Part shown: in pieces, positions 1 to 10,565 of the stretch | Layout of the letters: every line of letters starts with the position of its first letter | Position numbering within the stretch: position 1 is the stretch's first letter | Source of the DNA: Methanomassiliicoccaceae archaeon | GTDB taxonomy: Archaea > Thermoplasmatota > Thermoplasmata > Methanomassiliicoccales > Methanomassiliicoccaceae | DNA length: 64,000 bases | Direction of reading: 5' to 3' | Assembly: GCA_040776945.1 (NCBI GenBank) | Contig: JAXGZN010000002.1 | Coordinates: 320,001-384,000, forward strand | Notes under the pieces: model-generated | Told to the model about the DNA's origin: nothing | What the model saw: only the letters and a program-made list of their open reading frames with translations | Database searches by the model: none | Made by a program: the position numbers and the translations under genes

Positions 1-926
1 TGCCGGTATGATGCTATTGCCCGTTCCAAGACTTCCTTATAACGATGATTTACTGGGTTAATTATGAATGCGAGTGCCATTCGAGATACCATATTTATCA
101 AATCTCTTCTTTGATAGAAAAATGAACTCTCGTTCAGATTGAGGTTTGATTCAGCTCTTAGAAGATGGATCAATCTTATACGGGGTTTTGATGTTCGGTA
201 TTCCCTTCTTATTCTACGCCTTATTTCTCTTTCCATTGAAAGATTAAGTATTCTGTCGCTTGAAAGACATCGATGATTGCTACCTCGTCTAATCATTACC
301 AACGGTTTATGAATTTCATATAGGTCATAGTCGTGTGAAAGCCTTAAATGATGCTCGCAATCTGCCGAGGTAGGTAAGTCTTCACTAAATAACATGTCAC
401 CCCTCACATGTCTTCTCCTAAACATAACGGATGTATTTGGAATAAAATTATGGCATTCCGAAAAAATTTTATAAAATATCTCTTTTCCAGGTATCCTACC
501 TGCTCGCAATCCGCCCCAAATCCTAAACGGTTGATCAAAATCATCAAGGAAATATGCTTGACTATATACCATCTCTATATCGTGGTTATCTAACAAGACT
601 CGTACTTCTTCTTCTATCCTAGATGGCAGTGATAGGTCGTCAGCGTCTTGAAAGCATAGGAACTCTCCTTTTGCAGCTCGGTATGCTTGGTTATATGCTG
701 CAGCATATCCCACACCCGTTTGTTTAAAGTATTTTACTCTATTATCTGATTTGTATTTACTAACAATATTTTGAGTGTCGTCTTCCGGTCCATATTCTTT
801 ATGGACAATAATGATCTCAACATTTGAATAAGTTTGAGATAATATCGATTCAATCGCTCCGAGGATATATTTTTCATTATTAAACGTCGGTATTAAAACA
901 CTAACAAGCGGGTAATAATCATTCAT
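1..926 (-). CDS. Glycosyltransferase family 2 (partial, runs off window edge)
   Basis: Manual translation from ATG at 926: MNDYYPLVSVLIPTFNNEKYILGAIESILSQTYSNVEIIIV...GEFLCFQDADD (DxD motif). Frame is open to position 1, so it is missing from the ORF track. Confidence 0.9.
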   Translation of the reverse strand, partial: MNDYYPLVSVLIPTFNNEKYILGAIESILSQTYSNVEIIIVHKEYGPEDDTQNIVSKYKSDNRVKYFKQTGVGYAAAYNQAYRAAKGEFLCFQDADDLSLPSRIEEEVRVLLDNHDIEMVYSQAYFLDDFDQPFRIWGGLRAGRIPGKEIFYKIFSECHNFIPNTSVMFRRRHVRGDMLFSEDLPTSADCEHHLRLSHDYDLYEIHKPLVMIRRGSNHRCLSSDRILNLSMEREIRRRIRREYRTSKPRIRLIHLLRAESNLNLNESSFFYQRRDLINMVSRMALAFIINPVNHRYKEVLERAIASYR

Positions 927-1068
927 GTTTCTTAGCTCAATTTTTTACGGAGATATGGTTATAAAATATTTGATTTTGTTGACCCGAGATATGGTATCTC
1001 AATCAAATGATCATTACCTCTGGTAGGTAAGTTTATACTGATTAACTCGTTTCCTCCTAACAGATAAT

Positions 1069-1677
1069 ATGGGCCATTCATTAAACGATGCATTAATTTC
1101 TCTCACATCCCTGATACATAAAAAGAGAACGATTATCCCCCGTGGGGTCAAAATTTGAAAAGACGTTCATATAGGGTATTCGGTCGAATTTGATCACGCT
1201 AATAAAGGGAGATTGATTACTATCTGTGACGAAGTAACAATTTCTAATGGGGTAAAAATTATCTGTCATGATGCATCATGCAATCGCAGAATCCATGCAA
1301 CATATGTTGCTCCAGTACTGATAGGTAAAGGCTCTTTTATCGGTGCTGGCTCTATTATCCTTCCAGGAGTTGTAATAGGACCTAATTCGGTCATTGGAGC
1401 AGGTTCTGTGGTAACTCGAGACGTTCCTGAGGGAAAAGTTGTCGTGGGTTCACCTGCTCATGTAATTGGAGACACATTGAGTCTTGATAAAAAAAGAATG
1501 GAGCAAATGGAGAAACTGAAGGTCTTTGATTGGAATATATATGGTGACCACATACTAGACGAAGAAAGATCTATCGAGTTGTATAATATCGCTGGAACTG
1601 AAAAAGGATACTTTATTGCTGAACCACACGTTGTTGCTCATTTTAAGAAAGAAAAAGATGTAACACTATCAGATTAG
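1069..1677 (+). pseudogene. Hexapeptide-repeat (left-handed beta-helix) acyltransferase with in-frame TGA
   Basis: ATG 1069 is in frame with ORF 1213..1677 (IGAGSIILPGVVIGPNSVIGAGSVVTRDVP). TGA at 1156-1158 interrupts GVKI*KDVHIG where Gly (GGA) is expected. Confidence 0.7.
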
Positions 1678-1707
1678 ACTTGAAATGCATCTTCGGGAAG
1701 GAATAAA

Positions 1708-2436
1708 ATGAATAGTGACGTCTCAGATGTTGTGCCACAATATTTCAATGAAACTTCAAAATATAAAAACCGTAAGGGATTAAGGAATCCTGAGGACAAA
1801 ATCGCCCTGGATTATTTACTATCGAGGTGTAACAATACTAGTCGAGTGTTGGAAGTTGGAGGGGGGAGCGGAGCATTCCTAGACATTGTTCTTCAAAACA
1901 CCTCTGTAGATAGGGCAGTAAATTGTGAAATTGCAGCCGAAGCATATCGCGAACAAGCTAATTCACAGATTATTCTTGTCGAAGGATCCGTACTGAATTT
2001 ACCCTTTGAAAATGAATCATTTGATTGGATTGTAATGAAGAATGTCCTCCACCACCTAGTTGGAGAAACAGTGGATGATTCTAAGAGGAATGTCGAAAGA
2101 GCTTTATCTGAGCTTTCAAGGGTTAAAAGTGAAAAAGGTCATGTGGTAATAATCGAACAATACAACAAATATCGTCCATTTAGCATGATGATATTTTACT
2201 TAACAAAATTCCTTAGTATGGCTGGAATTGGATTGAATTTTTTTGAGTGCGAGAAAAATGTGATAGTCTCTTTTTTAACGCCGTTGGAAATTATAACCTG
2301 GACAAAGAAGATATTCAGTAAGTCAGAAATAGAATATGAGATACGGCCGCTTGCTGTTCGAAGGCGATTTAAGTATACTCTCTTAATGTCTAAGGTTGGT
2401 AATGTTGTGGCTTTCATCTCGCCATCAAACCAATGA
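1708..2436 (+). CDS. Class I SAM-dependent methyltransferase
   Basis: VLEVGGGSG motif I; LPFENESFD; NVLHHL. Confidence 0.85.
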   Translation: MNSDVSDVVPQYFNETSKYKNRKGLRNPEDKIALDYLLSRCNNTSRVLEVGGGSGAFLDIVLQNTSVDRAVNCEIAAEAYREQANSQIILVEGSVLNLPFENESFDWIVMKNVLHHLVGETVDDSKRNVERALSELSRVKSEKGHVVIIEQYNKYRPFSMMIFYLTKFLSMAGIGLNFFECEKNVIVSFLTPLEIITWTKKIFSKSEIEYEIRPLAVRRRFKYTLLMSKVGNVVAFISPSNQ

Positions 2437-2465
2437 TCAAGGGGAAGATGTTAGGGCACTTATGA

Positions 2466-4128
2466 CTTGACTTTGACAATGGGCTGAATTAAATATATCT
2501 CGTTTTGAACTAGACGATCGCGCTGACCTCCGCTGGAAAGCGGAGGCATGAGAAGGATTAAACGTGTCCTCAACCTCGTCTGAATTGTGTGGAAACAAAC
2601 CAAGCTGAGGACGTTCAAGCTCACGCCGAACGACAATAAATCATTTTCCATCGGCACCTCACTGATGGTCGACGATTGGTATGAATGCCTCGAACTGCCG
2701 GTCGTCATCGGCCGGCACAATGAGCGAGACGTCTCGCTCGACGCGTTGGTCCGAGGGACGCTCGCCTACAAGTTAGGAGATAACTTCTCAATCCTTCGAG
2801 CAGGCGAGTGGCTGATCCGCGAGGAAGTGCGTGAGCATTACGAGCTCAGGGAGTTCAACGTCAAGACGCTGTACCGCGCCATAGAGACGCTCGGCCAGAA
2901 TCGTGAATCGATAGTTCGAGAGCTTCAGGACCGTGTCTTGAAGCTGCTGAACTTGGAGACGACGGACGTGCTGATGGACTGGACCTCCATCCTGTACTAT
3001 GGCGATATGGCGAAGCTCGCCAAGTTCGGATACTCTCGCGACCATCGTCCGGACAAGAGGCAGGTGACGCTCGGGATCGCTTAACTAGCGCCGCCGGTGA
3101 GCGTGCCTATCTCGATGACCGTGGAACCGGGCAACGTGAACGACCAGGAGCACTTCCGACGCACTTACGATCAAGTGCGCAACGTGCTGAAAGATGGTTC
3201 GTTGATCGTCTTCGACAAGGGCGCGAATGACAAGAGGAACCTCGATGGCATTGCACTCGACCGGAACGACTACCTCACCTCGAAGAAGCTGAACTCCTCG
3301 GACGATGCCGTGTTCCAAACCTTCGACGCGAACGTCTGGGAGCTCGTTAACGAGGAAGATGGCGTCTACGCCTCGAAACGCGTGTTTCCATCGCGAGTGA
3401 ACTATTACTTCTTCTCTGAGAAGCTCAAGGAAGATTATCTTGCGTCTCGAAGACGCAAGGTCGAACGGCTCCTCCAGGAGGCACGCAGCACCCAGGACAG
3501 CCTGGATGACGGCATGGAGCTTCCGAAGCGGTTCCGGATCGACAATCCTCTCGTGAATGTGCGCTACGAGCATCAGACGAAGCTTGTTGGCATGGACGAG
3601 GAGGCGGCGCTCCGCTTCCTCCTTGACGAGGGCGTGGCCAGCCACGAAGGTTGTTTCGTTCTCACGTCCAGTCGAGATATGGCCGCGGCCGAGGCTCTAA
3701 AGATCTACCGCTCCAAGGACGCGGTGGAGAAGTTATTTCATTCGCTCAAGAGCGAGATCAAGGTTAGACCCCTCAGAGTATGGTCGCAGGACGCCGTGTA
3801 CGGCATCTTGCTCGTAGGCTTCATCGCTCAATTGATGATCTCCTTGACACGATATTTCGTTTCTCCAGTCAAGAGCGTGTCAACGAAGTTCATCTCGAAC
3901 TCGCTGCAAAAGTTGACAGTTACCTTCGTTTCGTCGAGCAACGGGCTCAGAAAGAAGATCTACTCGAACTTTGACTCGCTCAATCGAGCTGTTCTTTTCG
4001 AGTTCGTCGCGGAAACGTGACCGTTTCCGCCTCCGGACGTGGATCCGAAGGCGGTTTTAGACGGCCTCGGACGAAGCGTCAAAATCTAAAGATCTGTGAA
4101 AACGAGACGGTCAGTTGTCAAAGTTAAG
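2466..4128 (+). mobile_element. IS1634-family insertion sequence
   Basis: 14-bp terminal inverted repeats CTTGACTTTGACAA (2466-2479) / TTGTCAAAGTTAAG (4115-4128), 13/14 match. Flanked by a 6-bp target duplication TTATGA (2460-2465, 4129-4134). GC-richer than the flanks. Confidence 0.9.
2587..4020 (+). pseudogene. IS1634 DDE transposase interrupted by in-frame TAA
   Basis: DWTS..GYSRDHRPDKRQV, VFDKG and YRSKDAVEKLF motifs. ORFs 2587..3084 and 3097..4020 are in the same frame, separated by TAA at 3082-3084. Confidence 0.85.
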
Positions 4129-4178
4129 TTATGATAGAGACATCTATCGGCATATTAGGGATTAATCCATCTGATCTT

Positions 4179-5414
4179 TTAACTTCTTTTTGGATTGAGG
4201 AATAAGATTGCCACGGCACATATTCCGTAGCTCAGTATCCACGCATATCCAATTCCAAGTATTCCTTGTGTTTCAATAAGATAATAGCTAAGACCAATTA
4301 AAAGGCAGAAATTTAATACGCCCATATAAATGATTTGCATCGAATCTTTTTTTATACGTGCAATTGAGATATATGTTTGATATATGATTAAGAGGAAGCT
4401 TGAAATGCCAAAGAGCAACAATAGCTCATAACCATTCTCTACAAATTCAGGACCCATCAGGCCGAGTAACCACTTGCCAAACAAGACATAACTAATGAAT
4501 GCCGGAGCTAGTAGGATATATGAAGTCACTATGGTTTTAAAAATGGTTCGTCGTAGGCCCTCTCCGTAACTTCCTTCAACAAATAATGAAGTACTGCAGG
4601 CAATAGGTATCATAAACATCATTGTTGCGAATGAGTACGTGATATAATACACGCCAGCAGATGGTGCACCCAATATGTTGAAAACAACAATTGGTAATGC
4701 CATTGTCGGAATAGTCATGAGCAAACCAGAAAGATAATTAGCGGTAGAGAAATGAAGAGAATATCGAATATACTCAACATCTATAGATACTATCTTTATC
4801 CGCAATATATATAGAATAATTATTGAAAAAACAACCGAAATAAAATAAGCGGCAAGATATGAAATAAATAACGCAATAATTCCGACGGATATTAGTGGAA
4901 TGATAAAAATTAATCTAGAGCCAATTAAAATTGTTTGGATAGCACTATATTGAGATTTCCTGGCTGCAATAAAAGCGCTACTAGCGGACGAAGCGATTGA
5001 TGTAATGCTAAGGTAAATTAAAAAGAGCAACTCCTCATCCATCGAAGAAAATAAGTTTGGTGAAAAAAAGTCGATGCCTAGAATGAATATTGTTCCAGTA
5101 AATACTGCACAGATGGTGGAAATAAATACTGTCGTACTGAATATTTTCGATTGATCCCCATCAGGGAAGAATCGAATCATAGAATGTTCCATCCCTAATC
5201 GTGTTATTGTAATAATTAGGGCGGCTGCAGATACAAGGGCTGTTGTTCTCCCTATCTCTTCTTGGGAATAAAACATCGCAGCTACTACCCAAAAGGCAAG
5301 ACCAAGAATAGCTGCAAGGAGTTGGGAAATCAAAATGAACATGGAGCTTTTATAGAATGAGTCATTGATGATCTTACTAATATCATCAATATGAAATTTC
5401 TTTAATTTGTTCAT
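4179..5414 (-). CDS. Polysaccharide biosynthesis flippase (Wzx/MOP-like)
   Basis: Many hydrophobic helices; LGLAFWVVAA..YSQEEIG N-terminal pattern; glycan-gene context. ATG 5414 preferred over TTG 5456. Confidence 0.8.
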   Translation of the reverse strand: MNKLKKFHIDDISKIINDSFYKSSMFILISQLLAAILGLAFWVVAAMFYSQEEIGRTTALVSAAALIITITRLGMEHSMIRFFPDGDQSKIFSTTVFISTICAVFTGTIFILGIDFFSPNLFSSMDEELLFLIYLSITSIASSASSAFIAARKSQYSAIQTILIGSRLIFIIPLISVGIIALFISYLAAYFISVVFSIIILYILRIKIVSIDVEYIRYSLHFSTANYLSGLLMTIPTMALPIVVFNILGAPSAGVYYITYSFATMMFMIPIACSTSLFVEGSYGEGLRRTIFKTIVTSYILLAPAFISYVLFGKWLLGLMGPEFVENGYELLLLFGISSFLLIIYQTYISIARIKKDSMQIIYMGVLNFCLLIGLSYYLIETQGILGIGYAWILSYGICAVAILFLNPKRS

Positions 5415-5641
5415 TCCAGCTCGAATGAACTCTGCATTAATCCCAAAGTCACGCAATGATTCTACCAGTATATTCGCCCTTATTATTTTTCCTATAAGGA
5501 TGCTACTTCTGTTCTAGCTCCATGAACAATCAACCTCTTGTTTGTATATCAAGAATTATCGAAGTTTAAATGTCAAAGAAGCCTCCTATCTCTCAAGGAA
5601 GGGCACCGTGCTGATGCGGGCGACTTACTCGCTTCAAGAGC

Positions 5642-6451
5642 TCATGAGTTGGTTATCTCGAGCATATTTTCTTTACCCAATCTGCGCTTATGCCTGTCCT
5701 TGATGATGAATCCGGCGAGGTCGTCATGTGGAGACTCACTATTGATGGCATGAAGGATGATCACATCATCCGAAGTGTCGCTGGGATAATGGGTGTAGTA
5801 TGAGAAGCCTGCGCTCTCGAACCTCTTGAGCATCTCTGAGAACGGCTTACCAACATCGTGAATCTCCATTTCAATGCGACGTATCTTTTTCAGCTCTACA
5901 GCAGATATGTTCCACTCAGCACCCTCACAATCGCACTTTAGAAAATCGCATCTTCCTGCTTGTTTAATGAGATCAGTTAAGCTCCTGGTCTTTATCCGAA
6001 CCCTTTCGGTCATCCAGCATACCTCTTGCACCTCGCCATCACCCAGGGCATCAGGAATGACGGTTACGTTTTCGATTCCATTCAACGCTATCTGGTCCTT
6101 TATATCATCGACAAAGATAGGTTCGACGGAGAATACATGTGAAGAGAGCCTTGATGCAGGGAGGGAAAAACCGCCTATGCATCCACCGATGTCGATGACG
6201 ATATCATTTTTCTTTATATCATCCATTACGTAGTCATCAAAGACTTGGTTGACCGTGTTCAGCATCGGATGGAACCTATATTTTATTCCCTCATTAGTCA
6301 CGGCGTAATCGAACAACTTTTGGTTGATTCGGACATTGATGATATCTGTGGGATAAGGAGGGCTTATTTTCTCAACTAAATAATTTAAGATTCTGGTATA
6401 GTAATCAAACCTCCCCTTTAACGACATCAGAGGCCGATAATGATATCGCAT
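5642..6451 (-). CDS. FkbM-family methyltransferase
   Basis: VIDIGGCIGGFS, VEP and DFLKCDCEGAE motifs. Confidence 0.85.
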   Translation of the reverse strand: MRYHYRPLMSLKGRFDYYTRILNYLVEKISPPYPTDIINVRINQKLFDYAVTNEGIKYRFHPMLNTVNQVFDDYVMDDIKKNDIVIDIGGCIGGFSLPASRLSSHVFSVEPIFVDDIKDQIALNGIENVTVIPDALGDGEVQEVCWMTERVRIKTRSLTDLIKQAGRCDFLKCDCEGAEWNISAVELKKIRRIEMEIHDVGKPFSEMLKRFESAGFSYYTHYPSDTSDDVIILHAINSESPHDDLAGFIIKDRHKRRLGKENMLEITNS

Positions 6452-6513
6452 GAATAAAACTTTCTTAATTGAGAGCCATTAAACATTATGGGTCTCTTTT
6501 TCTTTCATTCTTG

Positions 6514-6820
6514 TCATTGAATGTTCTTGAGGGCGGCGTAGGCCACCGCCGCCCCGCTCAAGATGTCGTGCACCTCGTTGTACACGGGGGACAGGGAGGC
6601 GATGTAGTATCGGCCATTGGGCTGCCCGGAGAGCTCCTTGACCTTCTCCACGAACCCCGGGCCGTAGACGGTGTCCTCCGGTCGCCGGGGACCACGCCCA
6701 CATGACGTGGGCGCGGTATAGATCGAGTAACAGAGGGACAGAAGCCATCTCCGATTCCACGATGCTGTCGGAGCGGACGTCCTGCTCGTCGAAGGTCATG
6801 AAGGCGTCCCAGCGCGTCCC
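6514..6820 (-). pseudogene. Frameshifted GC-rich gene remnant, unknown function
   Basis: MTFDEQDVRSD...HVMWAWSP continues in another frame as PEDTVYGPGFVEKVKELSG...AYAALKNIQ* with coding-like codon bias. Confidence 0.4.
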
Positions 6821-7431
6821 TACGGCTTCATTGAAGGAGCTTGGTCAACATATGGCCTTGGCCGGGAAAATGACGAGAATGGCCGTTTCTGGGGCTCAGG
6901 CAGACGATGGTGAGAACCCAGGTAGGCGCTATCGATCAATCTCGACTAGGCCGGCAGTGTACGCCCTCCATTGCTGCGTTGGGCCGGCCCGACAGTTTAT
7001 CATGGAAGCGTCGTCGGCGCTCGCCATGGATTGTTAGGGCGTAAATGGGTACAGCATGAAGCCGATGGTGAACCGAACAAGATGTGGTCATCGCGGGCCT
7101 TCTCAACGCCCGTGGGTCGAGAGCGCCAATTCCCAATATTCCACCTAGATGGTACATGACGGGTCCGGGTCGTCAAGGGGCCCTACCGGGTCCTCCACTC
7201 CATTTGGCTCCAATCGGTCCCGGCTCCCGGAGGTTTTTCAATTATTTTCACCCGCTTCATGAACCAACAGGGTGGTTTCAGAGGTATTATCGAAAAGGAC
7301 GAAAACCTGGGACGAACGAGCATCTAGCCACGATAGGATCCAAGATATGAGAACCTGTGATAGACGCGACGGCTGAAGAGGAACAACTAGGAATGATCGC
7401 GGGCAAAGGCAAGCGATCGCCATGACGGCAG

Positions 7432-8955
7432 GGTGATAAAAGAAAAGGGCGGGAACTCGCTCCCGGAGGGGATGTCGGCCCGGCAACCTCACAGCCTGAA
7501 GATGGACACGTCAATGGCGATGCGGGGACTCGTGACCTGCAGCCGTAAAAAAAGACCATCGGGCTAAAAACGTGGCATTCGTTACCTAAAGTAACAACAC
7601 AAAAGGAAGGAATGCCGCATGAAATACTCTAGTTAGATAGATAAAGATAGCACGACCGCCTGCGCGGTCAGCGCAGGCGGGAAGGCCGTGATGAGCGCCG
7701 AGGTCACCACCGACGCTGCCGGCCTCAGCGAACTGCACGCGCGAATGAACGGATCGAAGTACGTGGTGATGATGGAATCGAGCACCTACTCCTACGTCGT
7801 CTACCGGTTCTTCTCAAAGCTCGGGATGGAGACGCACGTGGTCCACGCTCGCAGCCTCAAGATGATAACCGAAACAGACAAGAAGACCGATCTCCTGGAC
7901 GCCGAGCGGATCGCTCGCGTCTTGAGATTGTGGAAGCTCGGGGAGATCGAGCTGTCGATGTCGTACTTTCCTACGGAGAAGGAAGCGGAGCTGAAAGACC
8001 TGTGCCGGTTCAAGGAAGAATTATCGAACAAGCTGGGAGACGAGGTGCGGCAAATTCGTTCGCACATGAGCCGCAACTGTCTTGAGCTTCCGTCCGAATT
8101 CCAAAACCTCTCGACCAAGAGGTCCAGGGACTTCATCGTCAGGATGTACGCGAGCGATTACACTTTGATGAGGCGAGTGGAAGTTTACTCCGCGCTCCTG
8201 GACGAATCGGAGTTGGTGGCCAGGGAGATCGAGCGTCGAGGTAACGATGATAGGAACGTCACATTGCTTGAGTCTATTCCGGGCATCGGACGGCAGACCG
8301 CCGTCCAGCTGATGTCGATGATCGTGGATATCGCTCGCTTCGACGATCCTGAACGACTGTGCGCGTACTTCGGGATGGTGCCTCGCGTGCGTGACTCGGG
8401 AGGCAGGGAGCATCACGATCGAATGACGATCGAGGGCAACATGATGCGCTTCATCATGGAGCGCGTGACTCTCTCGCACATCCGGTTCTGCGATTCGACG
8501 ATAACCGCTTATTTCCGAAGGAAGTCGAAGGAGATGGGAGTAAAGAAGGCGCTCATGTCCTCGAGGTAAGATGCTGACCGTGATACACGCGGTGCTCCGG
8601 CGAGGCACGCCGTTCACCGCCTGAGCGATCTCAGGTGGTTCAACGTTCGATGACCACGGGCCGACATGAGGACGAGGACCGAGGACGATGCCGTCGATTA
8701 TTTTTACGGATGATGCCGCCTCAAAAAATCACGGAGACGTCCGAAGGTCCATACCTGGAATGTCATTCTGCGGATCTTGCCGCCCAAGTAAATTAGGTTG
8801 CTCCTGAACGTCGGAGACGCGCTCACGGACGAGCTGCTCAGCGGAAGCTATTAAGAACGAGCGTCACAATTCAGTAAAAGCCGCACTTTTAGCCAAAGTA
8901 AGAAAGGAGAGGCATCTCCACACGCGGAGACCTCTTTTAACAAAAGGTGATAAAA
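7432..8955 (+). mobile_element. IS110-family element (boundaries inferred)
   Basis: IS110 transposase flanked by long non-coding ends with no terminal inverted repeats seen. A 10-bp direct repeat GGTGATAAAA occurs at 7432-7441 and 8946-8955. Confidence 0.6.
7619..8624 (+). pseudogene. IS110 recombinase/transposase, degenerate
   Basis: VMMES, KTDLLDA, LESIPGIG and AYFGMVPRVRDSGG motifs. ATG 7619 is in frame but has TAG at codon 6. A frameshift near 8566 separates the tail KMLTVIHAVLRRGTPFTA*. Confidence 0.8.
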
Positions 8956-9025
8956 AGTGGTTGAAGGGATACCACTATAGGCGAGGGACCCCCTCAATAT
9001 GGAAGGAAAATGGTTTTTTTCTTAT

Positions 9026-10168
9026 CTACAGTGATTGAAGGTAGATCTGGAACCCCGGATGGGACATCCCATTGATGTGGGACATACAAAGACCGGTCGC
9101 TTCGTCCACCACGTAGTAATCGGCGGAGCTGTAGTGATATGGTCCGCCACCCTCGACACCAAGCTGGATCATCAAATGGGCCGTATGGCTGGAGATGCCT
9201 GGACAGTGGTACCAGTTCCAAGAGTAATAGCTGTTATAGCTTGAGTCTCCGGACCTTTCCAGTTCCGTCAGGGTACCATCATCGTTCACCATCCACACCT
9301 TCTCGAAATAGCTCGATGCGGTCAATGTAGAGCGGACCATGCCTTCGTAACGGGCGGTCCGGGAGGTATCGGTGAAGTTGAAGTGGTACACTCCGCCAGG
9401 TGTGAAGCCGTAGCTCGTTCCCACCACGACATGATCGAACATGTACGGTTGATCGTGATACTTGCCGCCGCTGCCGTATACCTTCATATCGTATGTCCGA
9501 GTTTCACTGATCTTCTGCCCGGTGTCCTGGTCGCAGGCGTAGGTCTTGAACTGGAACGCCCCCAGCTTGTAGACGGTCACTGTGATGGTTATGTTATGGT
9601 ACTCCGGAACGCATCTCCCAGTGTACATCCAGGTCCATCCCATCTTCTTATTTGTCGTGGTAGGATCATCCATCAGTAGGCCATGGCATCCCGTGGCATC
9701 GTTGTTCAGATTGACCTGCACCGTCCGGCCGTCCGGGGCGGTGGCGTTGACATACACCTCATTATTCGACAATCCGACGAACTGGACCGTTACGCCGATA
9801 TGTGCCGCGTCGGCCTGCCTCTCCACCCAGGTGTTGATACGCCCCAAGGTTGGGTCCCCGAAGGAGGGCGTTGCATAGTGGCCAATGTATGGCGTGAACG
9901 GTAATATTGTGTCCAGTTCGATGTTCACGAACGGCTCGTCCTTGCAAAGATCAGGGCATCTACACCAAGGCCCATACGCCGGAGCCGCGGCGACATCGCT
10001 GGAAAGCGGTGACGTCTCGCTCGATCCTAGGTTTGGAGCCAAGATCTCATCATCGTTGACATAGCCGCCTGATGTCGACGGCGACTGGTAAAGCAGCACA
10101 CCGGACACTCCGCCGATCATCAGAACCCCGACCAAAATGGTCGCTACTCTAGTATATCTCCCATCCAT
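9026..10168 (-). CDS. Secreted/membrane-anchored hypothetical protein
   Basis: 380-aa ORF with an N-terminal hydrophobic helix, Ser/Pro linker and beta-rich, aromatic-rich body; ends in TAG. Confidence 0.7.
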   Translation of the reverse strand: MDGRYTRVATILVGVLMIGGVSGVLLYQSPSTSGGYVNDDEILAPNLGSSETSPLSSDVAAAPAYGPWCRCPDLCKDEPFVNIELDTILPFTPYIGHYATPSFGDPTLGRINTWVERQADAAHIGVTVQFVGLSNNEVYVNATAPDGRTVQVNLNNDATGCHGLLMDDPTTTNKKMGWTWMYTGRCVPEYHNITITVTVYKLGAFQFKTYACDQDTGQKISETRTYDMKVYGSGGKYHDQPYMFDHVVVGTSYGFTPGGVYHFNFTDTSRTARYEGMVRSTLTASSYFEKVWMVNDDGTLTELERSGDSSYNSYYSWNWYHCPGISSHTAHLMIQLGVEGGGPYHYSSADYYVVDEATGLCMSHINGMSHPGFQIYLQSL

Positions 10169-10565
10169 CTCTCGTATCCTCCAGTTCCGGCCTCTTAGAT
10201 CGATGATCGCATGGCCGGCACTCAGGCCATATTGGAAACGCCCCTGATTGCTATTTCAGGGCCTCCCCCTAACCAGCCGCACGATAATGCGGAATCGTTT
10301 TTTAAAGATATAATAATGGTCGCATCTTGATAATTAGGCGGATGCTCGAACCTTAGAAGCTTGGCGAGGTTAACATCTATTGGCCTATTGCCCATGCAGG
10401 CATATTGACCGTCGCTGTTCGAGAACCGATCGGACCGACCTTCTGCTATCCACAAAGATCCGTATTATATGCGACATCTCAACCTAGACCACCTATCAAG
10501 ATGATCTCGCACTAAGAACAACTACTGGTTCATATCTGATAAGGTAATGGGGCATCTTCTTCCTG

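Noticed and set aside
1156-1158. UGA as selenocysteine in the acyltransferase
   Set aside because: The position corresponds to a hexapeptide Gly (GGA to TGA), not Cys, and no Sec machinery is visible in the window.
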